Assembly: GCA_965226375.1 (NCBI GenBank)
Contig: CBDDCX010000008.1
Location: 2,112,001 to 2,176,000 of the forward strand
Source: Longimicrobiales bacterium
GTDB taxonomy: Bacteria > Gemmatimonadota > Gemmatimonadetes > Longimicrobiales > Gaopeijiaceae
Direction of reading: 5' to 3'
Length of the DNA: 64,000 nucleotides
The notes under the pieces were generated by a model. That model ran no database searches. It was not told the DNA's origin and saw nothing but the letters and a program-made list of their open reading frames with translations. Below are positions 40,063 through 50,851 of the stretch, piece after piece. A program made the position numbers and the translations under genes. Positions within the stretch are counted from its first letter, which is position 1. Each line of letters starts with the position of its first letter.

Positions 40063-41106
40063 ATGACCAGGACGACAACCTGGACCAGCGTGATGGTGCT
40101 CACGGTCGCCCTGCTGGTGCCCAGGGCCGGAGAGGGCCAGGCGGGAGAGTACCTCTACGTCGAGAACACGGTCGGTGGTGACGTCACCGTCATCTCCATT
40201 CCCGATCACGTGGTGGTAAGCACCATTCCGGCCAGCATCGTGGGCCACGAGCCCGACGACGTCATCGCCTCCTCGGACGGGAGGGCGATCTTCGTAAACC
40301 GTATCGGGGCCGAGGACGTGCTGGTCATCAGTACCGATACAGAAGAGGTGCTCTGGAGCGTCCCGATCGATGGACAACCCAACCACCTGACCCTGTCCGC
40401 CGACGATCGGTGGCTGTACGTGCCGGTGCTCAACGCCACGTACGTGGAGGTCGTCGATACGGAGCTTCGGAAAGTGGTCGACCGCATCGAGGTCGGATAC
40501 GGTCCGCACGGCACCCTGCTATCGGCCAACGGCGAGCGGGTCTATGTGGCCAACATCTTGAGCGATCAGATCGTGGTGTTCGAGGTTGGCACGAACCGCG
40601 TGGTGAAGAACATCTTCCTTCCCGAAGGAGTGCGGCCATTCCAGATATCCCCCGACGAGACCAAGCTGTGGGCCCAGCTCTCCAAGCTGCACGGCTTCGT
40701 GGAGGTCGACCTCGTCACCGACCGGGTCACCAAGACGATCCACCTGCCGACGTTGGGCAAGGCGTTCACCCCATCGCAGATCAATGACTGGCCTGCCTCG
40801 GTGGGCCACGGTATGCAGCTCACGTTGGACAACCAGTACCTGTTCGTCGCGGCCACTCTGTACGACTACGTCGCTATCTACACGGTGCCGGGCCTCGACC
40901 TGGTGGCGACCATCCCCACGGGGAAGGAACCGGGCTGGCTCGCGATGAATCACGACGGGCAGTTCATGTACGCGTCGAACCGGGGCGACAACACCATCTC
41001 CGTGATCTCGATCGCCGAACGGCGAGAGATCAAGCGACTGGAGGCAGGAGAGTATCCGCAACGGATGAAAGCCGTGATGGTGCCGCGTCGACGGGTGGGA
41101 TCGTGA
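40063..41106 (+). CDS. YVTN/YncE-type beta-propeller secreted protein
   Basis: Repeats such as IEVGYGPHG...GERVYVAN and IPTGKEPGW...YASNRGDNTISVI. Confidence 0.85.
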   Translation: MTRTTTWTSVMVLTVALLVPRAGEGQAGEYLYVENTVGGDVTVISIPDHVVVSTIPASIVGHEPDDVIASSDGRAIFVNRIGAEDVLVISTDTEEVLWSVPIDGQPNHLTLSADDRWLYVPVLNATYVEVVDTELRKVVDRIEVGYGPHGTLLSANGERVYVANILSDQIVVFEVGTNRVVKNIFLPEGVRPFQISPDETKLWAQLSKLHGFVEVDLVTDRVTKTIHLPTLGKAFTPSQINDWPASVGHGMQLTLDNQYLFVAATLYDYVAIYTVPGLDLVATIPTGKEPGWLAMNHDGQFMYASNRGDNTISVISIAERREIKRLEAGEYPQRMKAVMVPRRRVGS

Positions 41107-41193
41107 CGGTACGTAGGATCGAGACCGTGCCTGGGAGCACAGCCCTGCGTCGAACCACGACCATGCGCGGAGTCGCGAATGTCCGAGGCGTGA

Positions 41194-42661
41194 TGAGTTA
41201 CCGGATCGCCGGCTGCTCGGTCCTGCTCGCCGTAATGACGGCAGGCCCAACCATGATCCCCCCCTCGCGGCACAGGACAGCGACGCCCTTCGGGACTCCA
41301 CGACGGTAGCCGCCATAGCCGCCGGGCACGCCGCCGAGATCATGTGCTCGCAGGTTTTCCTGTCCGGGCGTGATCCGCTGGACGTCCTCCACGAGGAGCT
41401 CGACGGCATCGCTCTCGTGCCGGCGTCGCTCTTTCCTCGTGGAACTCTCGTCGAACGCCAGTCCCAGTCGGCGGTCTCCGTCTCCGCGTACGGTGAAGAG
41501 CGCCGCTCGGTCATGCGTGACGGACTCGGCTGCGTACCGATGCCCCGTCACACCACGCTGGCCGACACGGTGTCGCTGCCGTCCGTCCGCCTCATTGCTC
41601 CCGAGGGCGACGCCGCGCAGATCGCGTGGCCCGACGGGGACTTGCTCCCACCCGGACCGCTACCTGCGGAGGTGGATCAAGACAAGCTCGAGGAGGCCGT
41701 GGATCTCGCCTTTACGGGGGAGAAGTACCAGCCGAGCGTGACGACCGGGGTGGTGGTCGTGTACCGGGGCCAGATCATCGCCGAGCGATACCGGCCGGGC
41801 TGGGACCTGCACACCGCGTATCGGGCCTGGTCGGCGAGCAAGAGCGTCACCAGCGCTCTCGTGGGGATCATGGTCGGGGAGGGCAAGCTCGCCGTCGATG
41901 AACCCGCACCGATTCCCGAGTGGCGGGAGCCGGGCGATCCCCGGGGTGAGATTACCCTCGAGCACCTGCTCCACATGTCCAGTGGACTCGAGAACGACGG
42001 AGGAGGAGAAGAGTTCCTGTCCCCCACCAACCTGACCTATTGGGGTGGCATCGACACCCGCGAGTATATCGCAAGTCTGAGCCTGGAGGTCGAGCCCTAC
42101 AGCAGATGGCAGTACTCGAACTTCGACGCCATGCTGCTGCTCAGCTCCGTGAAGGCGGTCCTCGAAGACGATCAGGCGTATCTCCGCTTTCCCTACGAAT
42201 CCCTCTACCACAAGATCGGCATGCGCCACACCGTCATGGAGCCGGATGCCTACGGCAACTACATCGGGAGTAGCCAGATCTACACGACGGCAAGGGATCT
42301 GGCGCGGCTCGGGCTGCTATTCCAGCAGGACGGTATGTGGGGCGGTGAGCGGATCCTTCCGGAAGGATGGGCGGAGTACTCGGCCCATCCAGCTACGACT
42401 CTGGAAGTCACGACGGGAAGGGGCGCCCGGGGCTATGGTGCGGCATGGTGGCTATGGGGAGCCGACCCCCGCGTGCCCGACGACACGTACTCCGCCAACG
42501 GCGCCCGGGGCCAATTCGCCACGATCGTTCCGTCGAGGGACCTGGTGGTCGTCCGCCGGGGACTCGACCAAGCGCGATTCCGGGGGAGGGGAAACTGGGA
42601 TCAGGTAGAGTTCGTTGCCGACGTCCTCGCGGCGATATCACCCGAATCGGAGTCCAACTGA
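41194..42661 (+). CDS. Serine hydrolase (beta-lactamase/AmpC-like family), frameshift in the C run ~41258-41264
   Basis: SASK (SxxK), LLHMSSG, YSN, TARDLARLG. The signal peptide MSYRIAGCSVLLAV lies in another frame and is joined by one indel. Confidence 0.75.
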
Positions 42662-42830
42662 CGGGCTAGGGCTTCCGAGCCGGCCGCGTAGTCGACCGAT
42701 CCCGCGCCAGCGTCACGCTGGCTTCGCGTGGGCCCTTCGCGTCGACATACTTGCCTGATCACGGCTGTTGCTTACATTGCAAGCAACAGCCGTGTTGTGG
42801 ATTCGTGTGATGGGAGACCCAGGAGGCTTG

Positions 42831-43422
42831 ATGAACCGGATTGCCGTATTCCTCGCCGTAGGGCTGGCCCTGTTCGGACCGGCTCTACTCGGCGCCCAGA
42901 GCGCGGTCGACCTCTCAGACCCGGTGGCCACCGCCGTACTGCCGCTGCCGGAAAACCTCAGGGAGGGCGCCACCGTCATCGATCAGGCCACTGAAACGAT
43001 CCTACGACAGGGGAACAACGGGTTCACGTGCCTTGCTGACCTGCCCGGCAACGATCGGCTGAGCCTACAGTGTCACCCCTCCATAATCGAACCATATATG
43101 CGCCGAGGGCGTGAACTCTCCTCCAAGGGTATCCGGGGGAGCGAGCAGCGAAGTGTTCTGGCCGCTGAGATACGCACCGGACGCCTCTACCTTCCGTCGG
43201 GGGCCATGCTTCGTAACCTTCTCGGGCGACATCAACGTCGAGGCCGGTGTTCCCGACTCGGTTCGCGTTTGGTCCGAATTCCTGTTCCCCTTCGCCAGCA
43301 CCGCCGAATGGGGGATCCCGGACACCGACCAGGGCCTCGATCCCTGGATGATGCGTCCAGGAGACGTGGGGACTCACGTGATGGTTCGGTATCGATTCGT
43401 GCAGTGGAGCGAGATTCACTGA
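42831..43422 (+). CDS. Hypothetical secreted protein with apparent frameshift ~43220
   Basis: AGGAGG RBS, signal peptide, AVLPLPENLREGATV, GNNGFTCLAD. C-terminal PWMMRPG..THVM is in a different frame. Confidence 0.55.
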
Positions 43423-43459
43423 TCGCCACCGGCCGGCGCCACCACCCACGGTTCCCCGG

Positions 43460-45907
43460 TCAGTCCCGACGTAAAGCCAGCGCCGGATCCACCCCTGCGG
43501 CCCTCTGAGCCGGCAGCCAACAGGCGATCGCCGCAACGAGGGACAGCACCAGCGCCACGGCCGCATACGTAATCGGGTCCGTAGCACTCACGCCGAAGAG
43601 GAGCGTGGCCATGACGGAACTCAAGAGCCACGCCCCGAGAAGCCCGACGCCGACTCCCATTCCCGCCAGCTCCATCCCCTGGCGCACGACCATACTGCGG
43701 ACCTTAGGAGCCGAGGCACCCAACGCCATTCGCACCCCGATCTCGCGGGTCCGCTGGGAGACAACGTATGAGATCACTCCGTAGATGCCGACCATTCCCA
43801 AGAGCAACGCGACGCCGGATGCGACTCCCAGCATGGCGACCGTGAACGACGTTCGTGCCGTCGCCCGCTTCGAGATGTCCGCCATTGTACGGGGGGTCGA
43901 GATGGGGATCCGCGGATTCAGAGTGCGAACCTCTCGGCGAATCACCGACAGGATCGAGGCGGGCTCACCCGAAACACTGACGACGAGCGTCAATTGGCGA
44001 AGGGCCTGTAATCGGTCTGCCGTTCCGATGACGGTCGGGAAGTAGATCATCTCCTCTGCCGGTGTCTCGAGGCCCTCGTAATGGACATCGCCGACCACGC
44101 CCACAATCTCGTACCAGTCCGGAGCGCCCCCGAGTCGCCGACCGAGGGGGCTCGTGTCGGGCCACCACTTACGGGCGAACGACTCGCTTACGATCGCGGC
44201 ACGGGTCTGGTCACCCCGGTCCCTGGGCCGAAATGACCGTCCCTCGATCACGGGGATGTCGAGCGCCTCGAAGAAACCCGAACTGGCAAAGCCGTTGCTC
44301 GAGAAGATCGGCGGGTCGCTCGGGCCGCGGGGGTGATCCTCCAAGTCCTGAGTGCTGAAATGCATGTTGCCGGACAACGGCACTCCGGCCACCAGGCCCA
44401 CGTGCTCTATCCCAGGCTGAGCCTCCAACCGCTCCCTTATCTGCCGGAAAAAGTCTGCCGTCTCAGCGGCGCCCTCGATCTCGGCGGTCGGCACGGCGAG
44501 GTTCACGGTCATCACCCCCTCCCCGTCGAAGCCAGGATCCACCGAGCGAAGGGCCATGAAGCTCCGCAGCATGAGACCTGAACCGACCAGAAGCATCAGG
44601 GCCAATCCAACCTGCGCCACGACCAGGCCGTTTCGCAGCAGGTGCCGCTGTCGGCCGGTCGTGGTGCCCTGCCCTCCCCCGTCTCGCAGTTGGCCCGCCA
44701 GATCCGGCGCACTGTAGCGCACAATCGGGAAGAGTCCGAACAAGAGCGCGGCGAGAAATGAGATGAGCACCGTGAAGCCCAGGACTCGCACATCCACACC
44801 CACCTCCGCCACCCTCGGAATGTCGGATGGCGTGAATGCCGTGGACACCCTGACGGCGACCGCAGCCAATGCCACACCCAGGGTCCCGCCCGCCGCCGTC
44901 AGAACGAGACTTTCGCTCATGAAGGACCGCATCACCTGGAGCCGTCCGGCGCCCATAGCCACCCTGAGCGCAACCTCTCGCTGCCTGACCTCAGCACGCA
45001 CCAGCAGGAGATTGGCGACGTTGGCGCATGCAATGACCAGCACCAGCCCCACCGTCCCCAGGAGTATCCACAGAGTGCGGCTCACGTCACCGACGATCTG
45101 GTCCTTGAGGGGTCGAATAACCGCCCTGAGCTGCACCTCTTCCAGGAAAGCGGGAGCGCCGTCCTCCGGAAATAGTTCGGCGAGACGGCCGATGAGCCCC
45201 TGTAGCTCGGTGTCGGCCCGCTGCAGGGTGGCAGCATCCGCAAGCCGCGCGATTCCCGTCGCGCCGAACGCCGCGAGCGGTGCCCGGGCTGGATCGACCA
45301 CCATCGGGATAAAGAGCCGCACGTCGGCGTTGGGATAGGCGAAGTCGGCCGGCATGATTCCGACGACCCGGCGACTGGTCCCACTCATATCCACCGTGCG
45401 GCCCACGATGGCAGGATCACCCGCGAAGTGGCTCTCCCAAAACGCATGGCTCAGAACCGCCACCGGCTCGGCATCCGGCACACCGTCCTCCGCAATCATG
45501 GCCCGTCCGACCGCGGCATTCACACCCAGGACGCTGAAGAAGGACGGCGTCGCCGAGAGACCGGCGATCCTCTCAGGATCCCCATCTCCCATGAGGTTGA
45601 CCACGGTGGGCCGATACATGGCCACGGATTCGAACGCGCCGGCCTGATCCGCATACAGAAGGTAGAGCCCAGACGACATTGGAAGCCGGTCATCCCCTCC
45701 GCGCCCTTCGTGCCGTACCGACACGAGTTCGTGGGGGTCCGGATACGGGAGCGGCTTGAGGATCACTCCGTCCACGAGCGTGAACACGGCGGTGGTAGCT
45801 CCGATTCCAAGCATCAGAGTCAGCACGGCCACCACGGTGAATCCAGGTGAGCGCCGCAACGCGCGCACAGCGAACTGAAGGTCGCTGAACAGACCGGTCA
45901 TCTTCAT
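43460..45907 (-). CDS. ADOP-type permease without prefix domain and without adjacent padR
   Basis: Begins directly MKMTGLFSDLQFAVRALRRSPGF and has both MacB/FtsX halves. Confidence 0.9.
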   Translation of the reverse strand: MKMTGLFSDLQFAVRALRRSPGFTVVAVLTLMLGIGATTAVFTLVDGVILKPLPYPDPHELVSVRHEGRGGDDRLPMSSGLYLLYADQAGAFESVAMYRPTVVNLMGDGDPERIAGLSATPSFFSVLGVNAAVGRAMIAEDGVPDAEPVAVLSHAFWESHFAGDPAIVGRTVDMSGTSRRVVGIMPADFAYPNADVRLFIPMVVDPARAPLAAFGATGIARLADAATLQRADTELQGLIGRLAELFPEDGAPAFLEEVQLRAVIRPLKDQIVGDVSRTLWILLGTVGLVLVIACANVANLLLVRAEVRQREVALRVAMGAGRLQVMRSFMSESLVLTAAGGTLGVALAAVAVRVSTAFTPSDIPRVAEVGVDVRVLGFTVLISFLAALLFGLFPIVRYSAPDLAGQLRDGGGQGTTTGRQRHLLRNGLVVAQVGLALMLLVGSGLMLRSFMALRSVDPGFDGEGVMTVNLAVPTAEIEGAAETADFFRQIRERLEAQPGIEHVGLVAGVPLSGNMHFSTQDLEDHPRGPSDPPIFSSNGFASSGFFEALDIPVIEGRSFRPRDRGDQTRAAIVSESFARKWWPDTSPLGRRLGGAPDWYEIVGVVGDVHYEGLETPAEEMIYFPTVIGTADRLQALRQLTLVVSVSGEPASILSVIRREVRTLNPRIPISTPRTMADISKRATARTSFTVAMLGVASGVALLLGMVGIYGVISYVVSQRTREIGVRMALGASAPKVRSMVVRQGMELAGMGVGVGLLGAWLLSSVMATLLFGVSATDPITYAAVALVLSLVAAIACWLPAQRAAGVDPALALRRD

Positions 45908-46050
45908 CGTCCCTCTTTTGGGGCATCAATCAAGCGTTGTTGGGGGGCGTAGCGGAGCGGTTCGGATGGGTCCTCCCACGCACGCCTGATTTTGACGCCG
46001 GAGGTACGAAAAGGGTTGCCGAGAGTGCGGATCAAGCGAAGGGCGAAGAC

Positions 46051-48016
46051 TCAGGGACCGCTTCGGAGAGCCTCTTCCAGAGCTTGGCGAGTTCGTGCGA
46101 TCTCCGGATGGGGCTCAGGGAGCAACACCTCTCGCTCTCCCAGCACCCACCGTAGGGCCTCCGCGGCCTCTGGCCTACGTCCGGCCCGGATCAGGTATAC
46201 TCCGTAGTCATGCTTGAGGCGTAGCGTGTAGCGGTGGTTGGGTCTCAGAAGCTCGTCGGCAAGCGCCATGGCCTGCGTGAAGTTGTCGTCGGCCGAAGCG
46301 AAGTCGCCTTCTTGCCACGCAATGTTGGCGATTCCTTGTAATGTGTGGATCCGATACACGCTCTTTCCCCCGGACAGGCGCTCGTTCATCTCCTGAGCAC
46401 GGCCGAAATACGTACGGGCGTCGTCGAACCGCCCCCCACCCACGAGTGAGGCGCCGATGGAGTTCAACGTGACCACAATTCCCGGATGGTCGTCACGCCC
46501 GTGTCGTCGGACCTTGTCTTCGAGGGAAAGAGTGTGGAGATCGACGGCCTCGTCATACTCCCCCACAGATTGCAGCACACCGGCTAGGCCCTCCTGCAAC
46601 CCGGCCGTGGTTGGGTGCAGTGGTCCCACGGCGGCTTCCGACCGTGCGATGGCGTCACGGAAGATCCCTTCCGCCTGCTCGTAGCGACCGAGTGCCGCCA
46701 ACACGAGGGCCCACCCCCCTTTCGCCGAGGCCACTGCGACGTGATCGGAGCCGTAGAGCACCTCGCTCATCTCCATAGCGGTTCTGAGCAGCGGCTCCGC
46801 TTCGAGGTACTGCTCACGAAGCCGCCGGATGAGTCCGACGTTCACAAGGGCCGACACCGCCAGTGGGTGGGGTCGCCCGGTCAGGTCGAAGTCCGCCAAG
46901 ACCGTGGTGAACAGGGAGTCGGCTTCGTCGAAGCGTCCTTCATCGTGAAAAGTGGATGCGAGCCCGAGCAGGACCGTCGCCACCTGGGGACGGGCGTCGC
47001 CGAGGGCACGCTCGGTTTCCAGGGCAGTGGAGAACAGTGCGGCCGCCTCGTCATACCGTCGATTCGCACGGAGCTGCCACGCGAGGGCAGCCTGAGTATG
47101 GGCCAGGAGCGAGTCGGGAAAGGCCACGAGGGGCTCCCGCACGTCGATCGCCCGCTCGAGTGCCTCGATAGCCGCGTCGGGTTCACCGAGCAGCACCATG
47201 AGCTCACCGAGCTGGGCCAGGCTCTCCGAAGCCTCGATGCTTGCTCCACCCAGCTGCGTCTCACGCAACTCCAGCGATCGGCGCACCAACGGCTCGGCTT
47301 GCGACAGTAGACCCAGGCTACTGTACACTGCCCCCAACTGGCCAAGGAGACGTGCCTGGACCACCGGCTGGTCCCCGAGCTCAGCCAAGATGCGCTCGGC
47401 ACCACGATCGAGCATCTCACGGGCCGTTATCGTGTCACCCAGAGCCTCGCTGGGGTCGGACAGCCGGAACAGGTCCATCATGAGGGTCGCGACCAATGCC
47501 GCTTTCTCGGCTTCGTCGGTAGCCAGGGCCGCAGCCTCAGTGGCACGGCGCGCCTGCCAGATCGTTCCGAAGACCCCCGCCATGAGCGTCACCAGCACGA
47601 CGCCGCCGGCGGCGACGACTCGTCGGTTTCTCCGCACGAATTTCGCGAGGCGATAGGGTGCGGTGCGCGGACGGGCCAGGAGTGGCCAGCCCTCGATATG
47701 CCTGCGCACGTCTTCCGCCAATTGCTCGGCGGTGTGATAACGATCCTCGGGATCCTTGGCCAACGCCTTCATCACGATGGCATCGAGGTCACCCTGGAGG
47801 CGTTTGCGCATGCGATCCGGCTTGAGACGTCGAAAGCCGCAAAGCTCCTCTGCCGAGATATCGGTAGGCCTCCCTCGCCGGGTGCGCCGGGCGGGCCTCG
47901 TGACAACACCACTCGGCCGCTCCGGCACCGCCTCGCAGACGATGCGCCGCACTTCTGCGGGTGAGCGCGTGTCGAAGCGATAGGGCCGGTGGCCTGTGAG
48001 CATGTCGTACAAGACG
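46051..48016 (-). pseudogene. Ser/Thr kinase-TM-TPR protein, 5'-truncated
   Basis: Starts at kinase subdomain IX (VLYDMLTGHRPY), GDLDAIVMKAL...RY, a TM helix, then TPR repeats. The ATP-binding and catalytic subdomains are absent. Confidence 0.8.
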
Positions 48017-48269
48017 GTGAGCGGGGGAATCCACCCTCGGCGGCTCCCGTCATCCTGCGCCAGATCACGTAGTTGTAGTAGGCGACGTGCAGGGTCAGAT
48101 CCCAAATACTGTGGCGGTCGGGGGCAGGTTTCCACGCAGCCTCTTCCGGCTTCACTCCGCGGAGCGCTCCGAGCACGCTGGCACCCCCGTGCCAGAGCTT
48201 GGTGCCGGGGGGTGGCTCGAAGAGCCCGAGCGTCATCTCGAGCCTACTGTCTTTCGCCGGGGCCATCAC
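48012..48269 (-). pseudogene. DinB-family protein, N-terminal fragment
   Basis: WHGGASV...AAWKPAPDRHSIWDLTLHVAYY...FPRSPS, then sequence switches to the kinase fragment. Confidence 0.7.
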
Positions 48270-48271
48270 CG

Positions 48272-48823
48272 CTACTCCCCTCCCCCGTGCTTGGCCACGA
48301 GCCGGCGCACGCTCGTCATGTTACGCGCGGTATGCGGCACACCGCCCGTGGCCTTCGTCACCCCCGAACCGAACAGCGGGGACTCACTGAGTTTGCCCGG
48401 CATGAGCCAATAGACCTCACGCCCCGAGAACTGGAAATGGTCGGTGGCACTGCACAGGTCGATAAATCGCGCTTGTAACCCCTCATCTGCGGGAGTGCGC
48501 AGGAACATCACGTACACCGAGGCATCCCCATCCATCTCGCCCCAGGGCGCAACCGGCTCCGACGCGGCAATCGCCGCCAACTCCGATGGAGATCGAATGA
48601 ACGTAGGCACCTCGTATCCGAGATGCTCTTGGAGATGGCGCTCGATCTCTCGTTCCAAAGCCGGGACGTCGTCCGACTGGGCCCCGAAGATGACATTGCC
48701 GCTGGCGATGAACGTGGCGACCCCCGAGAACCCGAGTTCCTCGAAAAGCTCGCGGAGCCGGTCCATCTTGACTCTGTGGCCTCCGACGTTGATTCCCCGG
48801 AGGAGGGCGACGTAGCGTGTCAA
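48272..48823 (-). CDS. DUF1697-family protein
   Basis: YVALLRGINVGGHRVKM, TFIASGNVIF, TARN. The TTG start overlaps the upstream stop. Confidence 0.85.
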   Translation of the reverse strand: MTRYVALLRGINVGGHRVKMDRLRELFEELGFSGVATFIASGNVIFGAQSDDVPALEREIERHLQEHLGYEVPTFIRSPSELAAIAASEPVAPWGEMDGDASVYVMFLRTPADEGLQARFIDLCSATDHFQFSGREVYWLMPGKLSESPLFGSGVTKATGGVPHTARNMTSVRRLVAKHGGGE

Positions 48824-49962
48824 TGCACCGCGAACTTCTGTACGCGCCGACCCGTGGACGCCTCGCCAACGTAGAGGTTGCCGCGAGAGTCGACACTCAT
48901 GCCGTGGGGGCGTAGGAACTGGCCTACCTGACGGCCGCCTCGCCCAAACTCCCCCATCACCTCCAGATCTGCACGCCGGAGGATCCAGACCTTGTGGTTG
49001 GTGCCGTCCGCCAGATACAGCCACTCCTGCTCCGCATCGGGGGACAATCCGATGACGAAGGCGGACCCGGATGCCCGGGTGAGCGGTGCGATGATCTTCT
49101 CTTCCACGAACGTACCGCCGTGCTCGAACACCTGGATCCGATTCCCCCTTCGATCAGCGACGTAGATCAACCCGTCGCGGGATCCCACGAGGCCGTGGAC
49201 CGTGGAGAACTGGCGAGGGGGTGGCCCCGCCGGATCGCGATCGCCGAAGTCGTAATCGTCGACCGGCGCTTCGCCGTACGCGCCCCAGTGTCGCAGGTAA
49301 ACCCCCGTCTCGCCGTCAAACACTATCACGCGTCGATTACGGTACCCGTCGGCGATGTAGACCTCGTCCGTCTCGGGGTCCACCCAGATCCCCGCCGGTC
49401 CGCCGAGGAGATCCAGGTCATTGCTCCCCCCGTTTACATCGTATTCACCCAGGGTCATGACCAGCTCGCCACTGCGGGTGAACTTCATGACACGGTGATG
49501 GCGATAGGTGCCGATCCAGACGTAGTCGTTGTGGTCGACGAAGAGCCCGTGGGCGTTCCGTGGGAACTCCGATACGTCCTGAGTGGACGCATCCCCCCAC
49601 CCCTGCACAACGTTTCCGTCTGCGTCGAATTCGATCACTACGGGAGCGGGCACGCAGCAGGTTCCCAGTGGCGGGTCCTGCACGGCGGACGTCTCCTCGG
49701 GCGTCAATGTCTCGGGGAGGTGGGTCACCCACACATGGTCGGAGGCATCGACGAAGACCGCCGTCACGGCTCCCATGATCCACTTGTTGGGCATTTCTCT
49801 GGGCCACGATGGATCGACCTCGAACGTAGGCACGCCCCCATCGCTTGTGGTCATCTGTCCTTCCGCCTGTGCTGATTCCGACCCGCACGCGACGAGTATG
49901 AGTGGAAGCGTCAGGAGCCATACGAGCGTGAGGCATCGGCGGGATTCCACGGTTCTCTTCAT
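48820..49962 (-). CDS. NHL-repeat beta-propeller lipoprotein (PAL-like)
   Basis: Lipobox LVAC, FEVDPSWP, YIADGYRNRRV, YVADRRGNRIQVF, GRRVQKF. Confidence 0.85.
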   Translation of the reverse strand: MKRTVESRRCLTLVWLLTLPLILVACGSESAQAEGQMTTSDGGVPTFEVDPSWPREMPNKWIMGAVTAVFVDASDHVWVTHLPETLTPEETSAVQDPPLGTCCVPAPVVIEFDADGNVVQGWGDASTQDVSEFPRNAHGLFVDHNDYVWIGTYRHHRVMKFTRSGELVMTLGEYDVNGGSNDLDLLGGPAGIWVDPETDEVYIADGYRNRRVIVFDGETGVYLRHWGAYGEAPVDDYDFGDRDPAGPPPRQFSTVHGLVGSRDGLIYVADRRGNRIQVFEHGGTFVEEKIIAPLTRASGSAFVIGLSPDAEQEWLYLADGTNHKVWILRRADLEVMGEFGRGGRQVGQFLRPHGMSVDSRGNLYVGEASTGRRVQKFAVH

Positions 49963-49963
49963 T

Positions 49964-50755
49964 CTACGCTGGCTCCGCCTTCTCGGCGGTCATCAGAACC
50001 GCCTTCACGCCGTAAGCCTCGCCCGAGTTTTGCGTGGATTCCTTCCGGAAACGGAAGTTGGGAACCACAGCAGATTTCACCCGACTGAACCCGGACTCCT
50101 CCAGAAGCCTGAACATCTCTCCTTCCAGGAGAGCTCCTCCGATTCACGACGCCCAGAGCTTGGGATCATTGACGATATCCTGGGAGAGTTGTTTGCCGCT
50201 GACGATGTCGGTGATCGAGATGCGTCCGCCAGGCTTGAGAACGTGAAACATCTCCTCTATCACCCTGCGCTTTCGGAACGACAGGTTGATGACGCCGTTG
50301 GAGATCACTACGTCCACCGACTCATCAGGTAGCGGAATGTCCTCCATTCTGCCCTCGTGGCACTCCATTTCCGTGCCCGTGGCGGCGGCGTGTGCCTGAG
50401 CCTTGAGGCACATGGACGGGTTGAGATCGACACCGATGACCTTCCCGGTGGGTCCGGTACTCCATGAGGAGATGATGGAGTCGAGCCCCGCTCCGCTCCC
50501 CAGGTCCAGCACGGTCTCGCCCGCCTGGACGTTGCTACGCAGGTGCGGGTTGCCGACACCTGCAAAGGAGGAGACGGCCCCGGAAGGCGCGCGGTCTAAC
50601 CATTCGCTAGGGTAGCCGAAGAGCTCTGCGGCCTGACGGCCGTGGAAGAAATGGAACTCGCCGTCGGGGTTATCGGCCACATCCTCATACATGCGGACGA
50701 TCTCATCCTTGAGAAACTCCTCGAGCGAGGCTTGGGCTTCTGCGGCATCTGACAT
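49964..50755 (-). CDS. Probable selenoprotein: ArsM-like SAM-dependent methyltransferase (Sec204, TGA 50144-50146)
   Basis: VLDLGSGAGLD and VDVVISNGVIN. Read-through gives PKLWAS-U-IGGALLE... to a TAG at 49964, 1 nt before the next ATG. A SECIS-like hairpin follows the TGA. Confidence 0.85.
50117..50133 (-). promoter_or_regulatory. Bacterial SECIS-like hairpin
   Basis: Minus strand CTCTCCT-GGA-AGGAGAG, with the loop G 17 nt after the TGA. Confidence 0.65.
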
Positions 50756-50851
50756 GTAGTCTCTCCCCTGGCAAACACGCCTCGCCGCCGTATGCGGCTC
50801 ACGCCACCCTACGTCGCCATACTGGACCGAGCAAGATACCGGCGCGCGGGC

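Noticed and set aside
46051..48269. Novel DinB-kinase-TPR fusion or overlapping genes
   Set aside because: Both parts are truncated and out of frame at a sharp junction near 48014, which indicates a deletion or misjoin.
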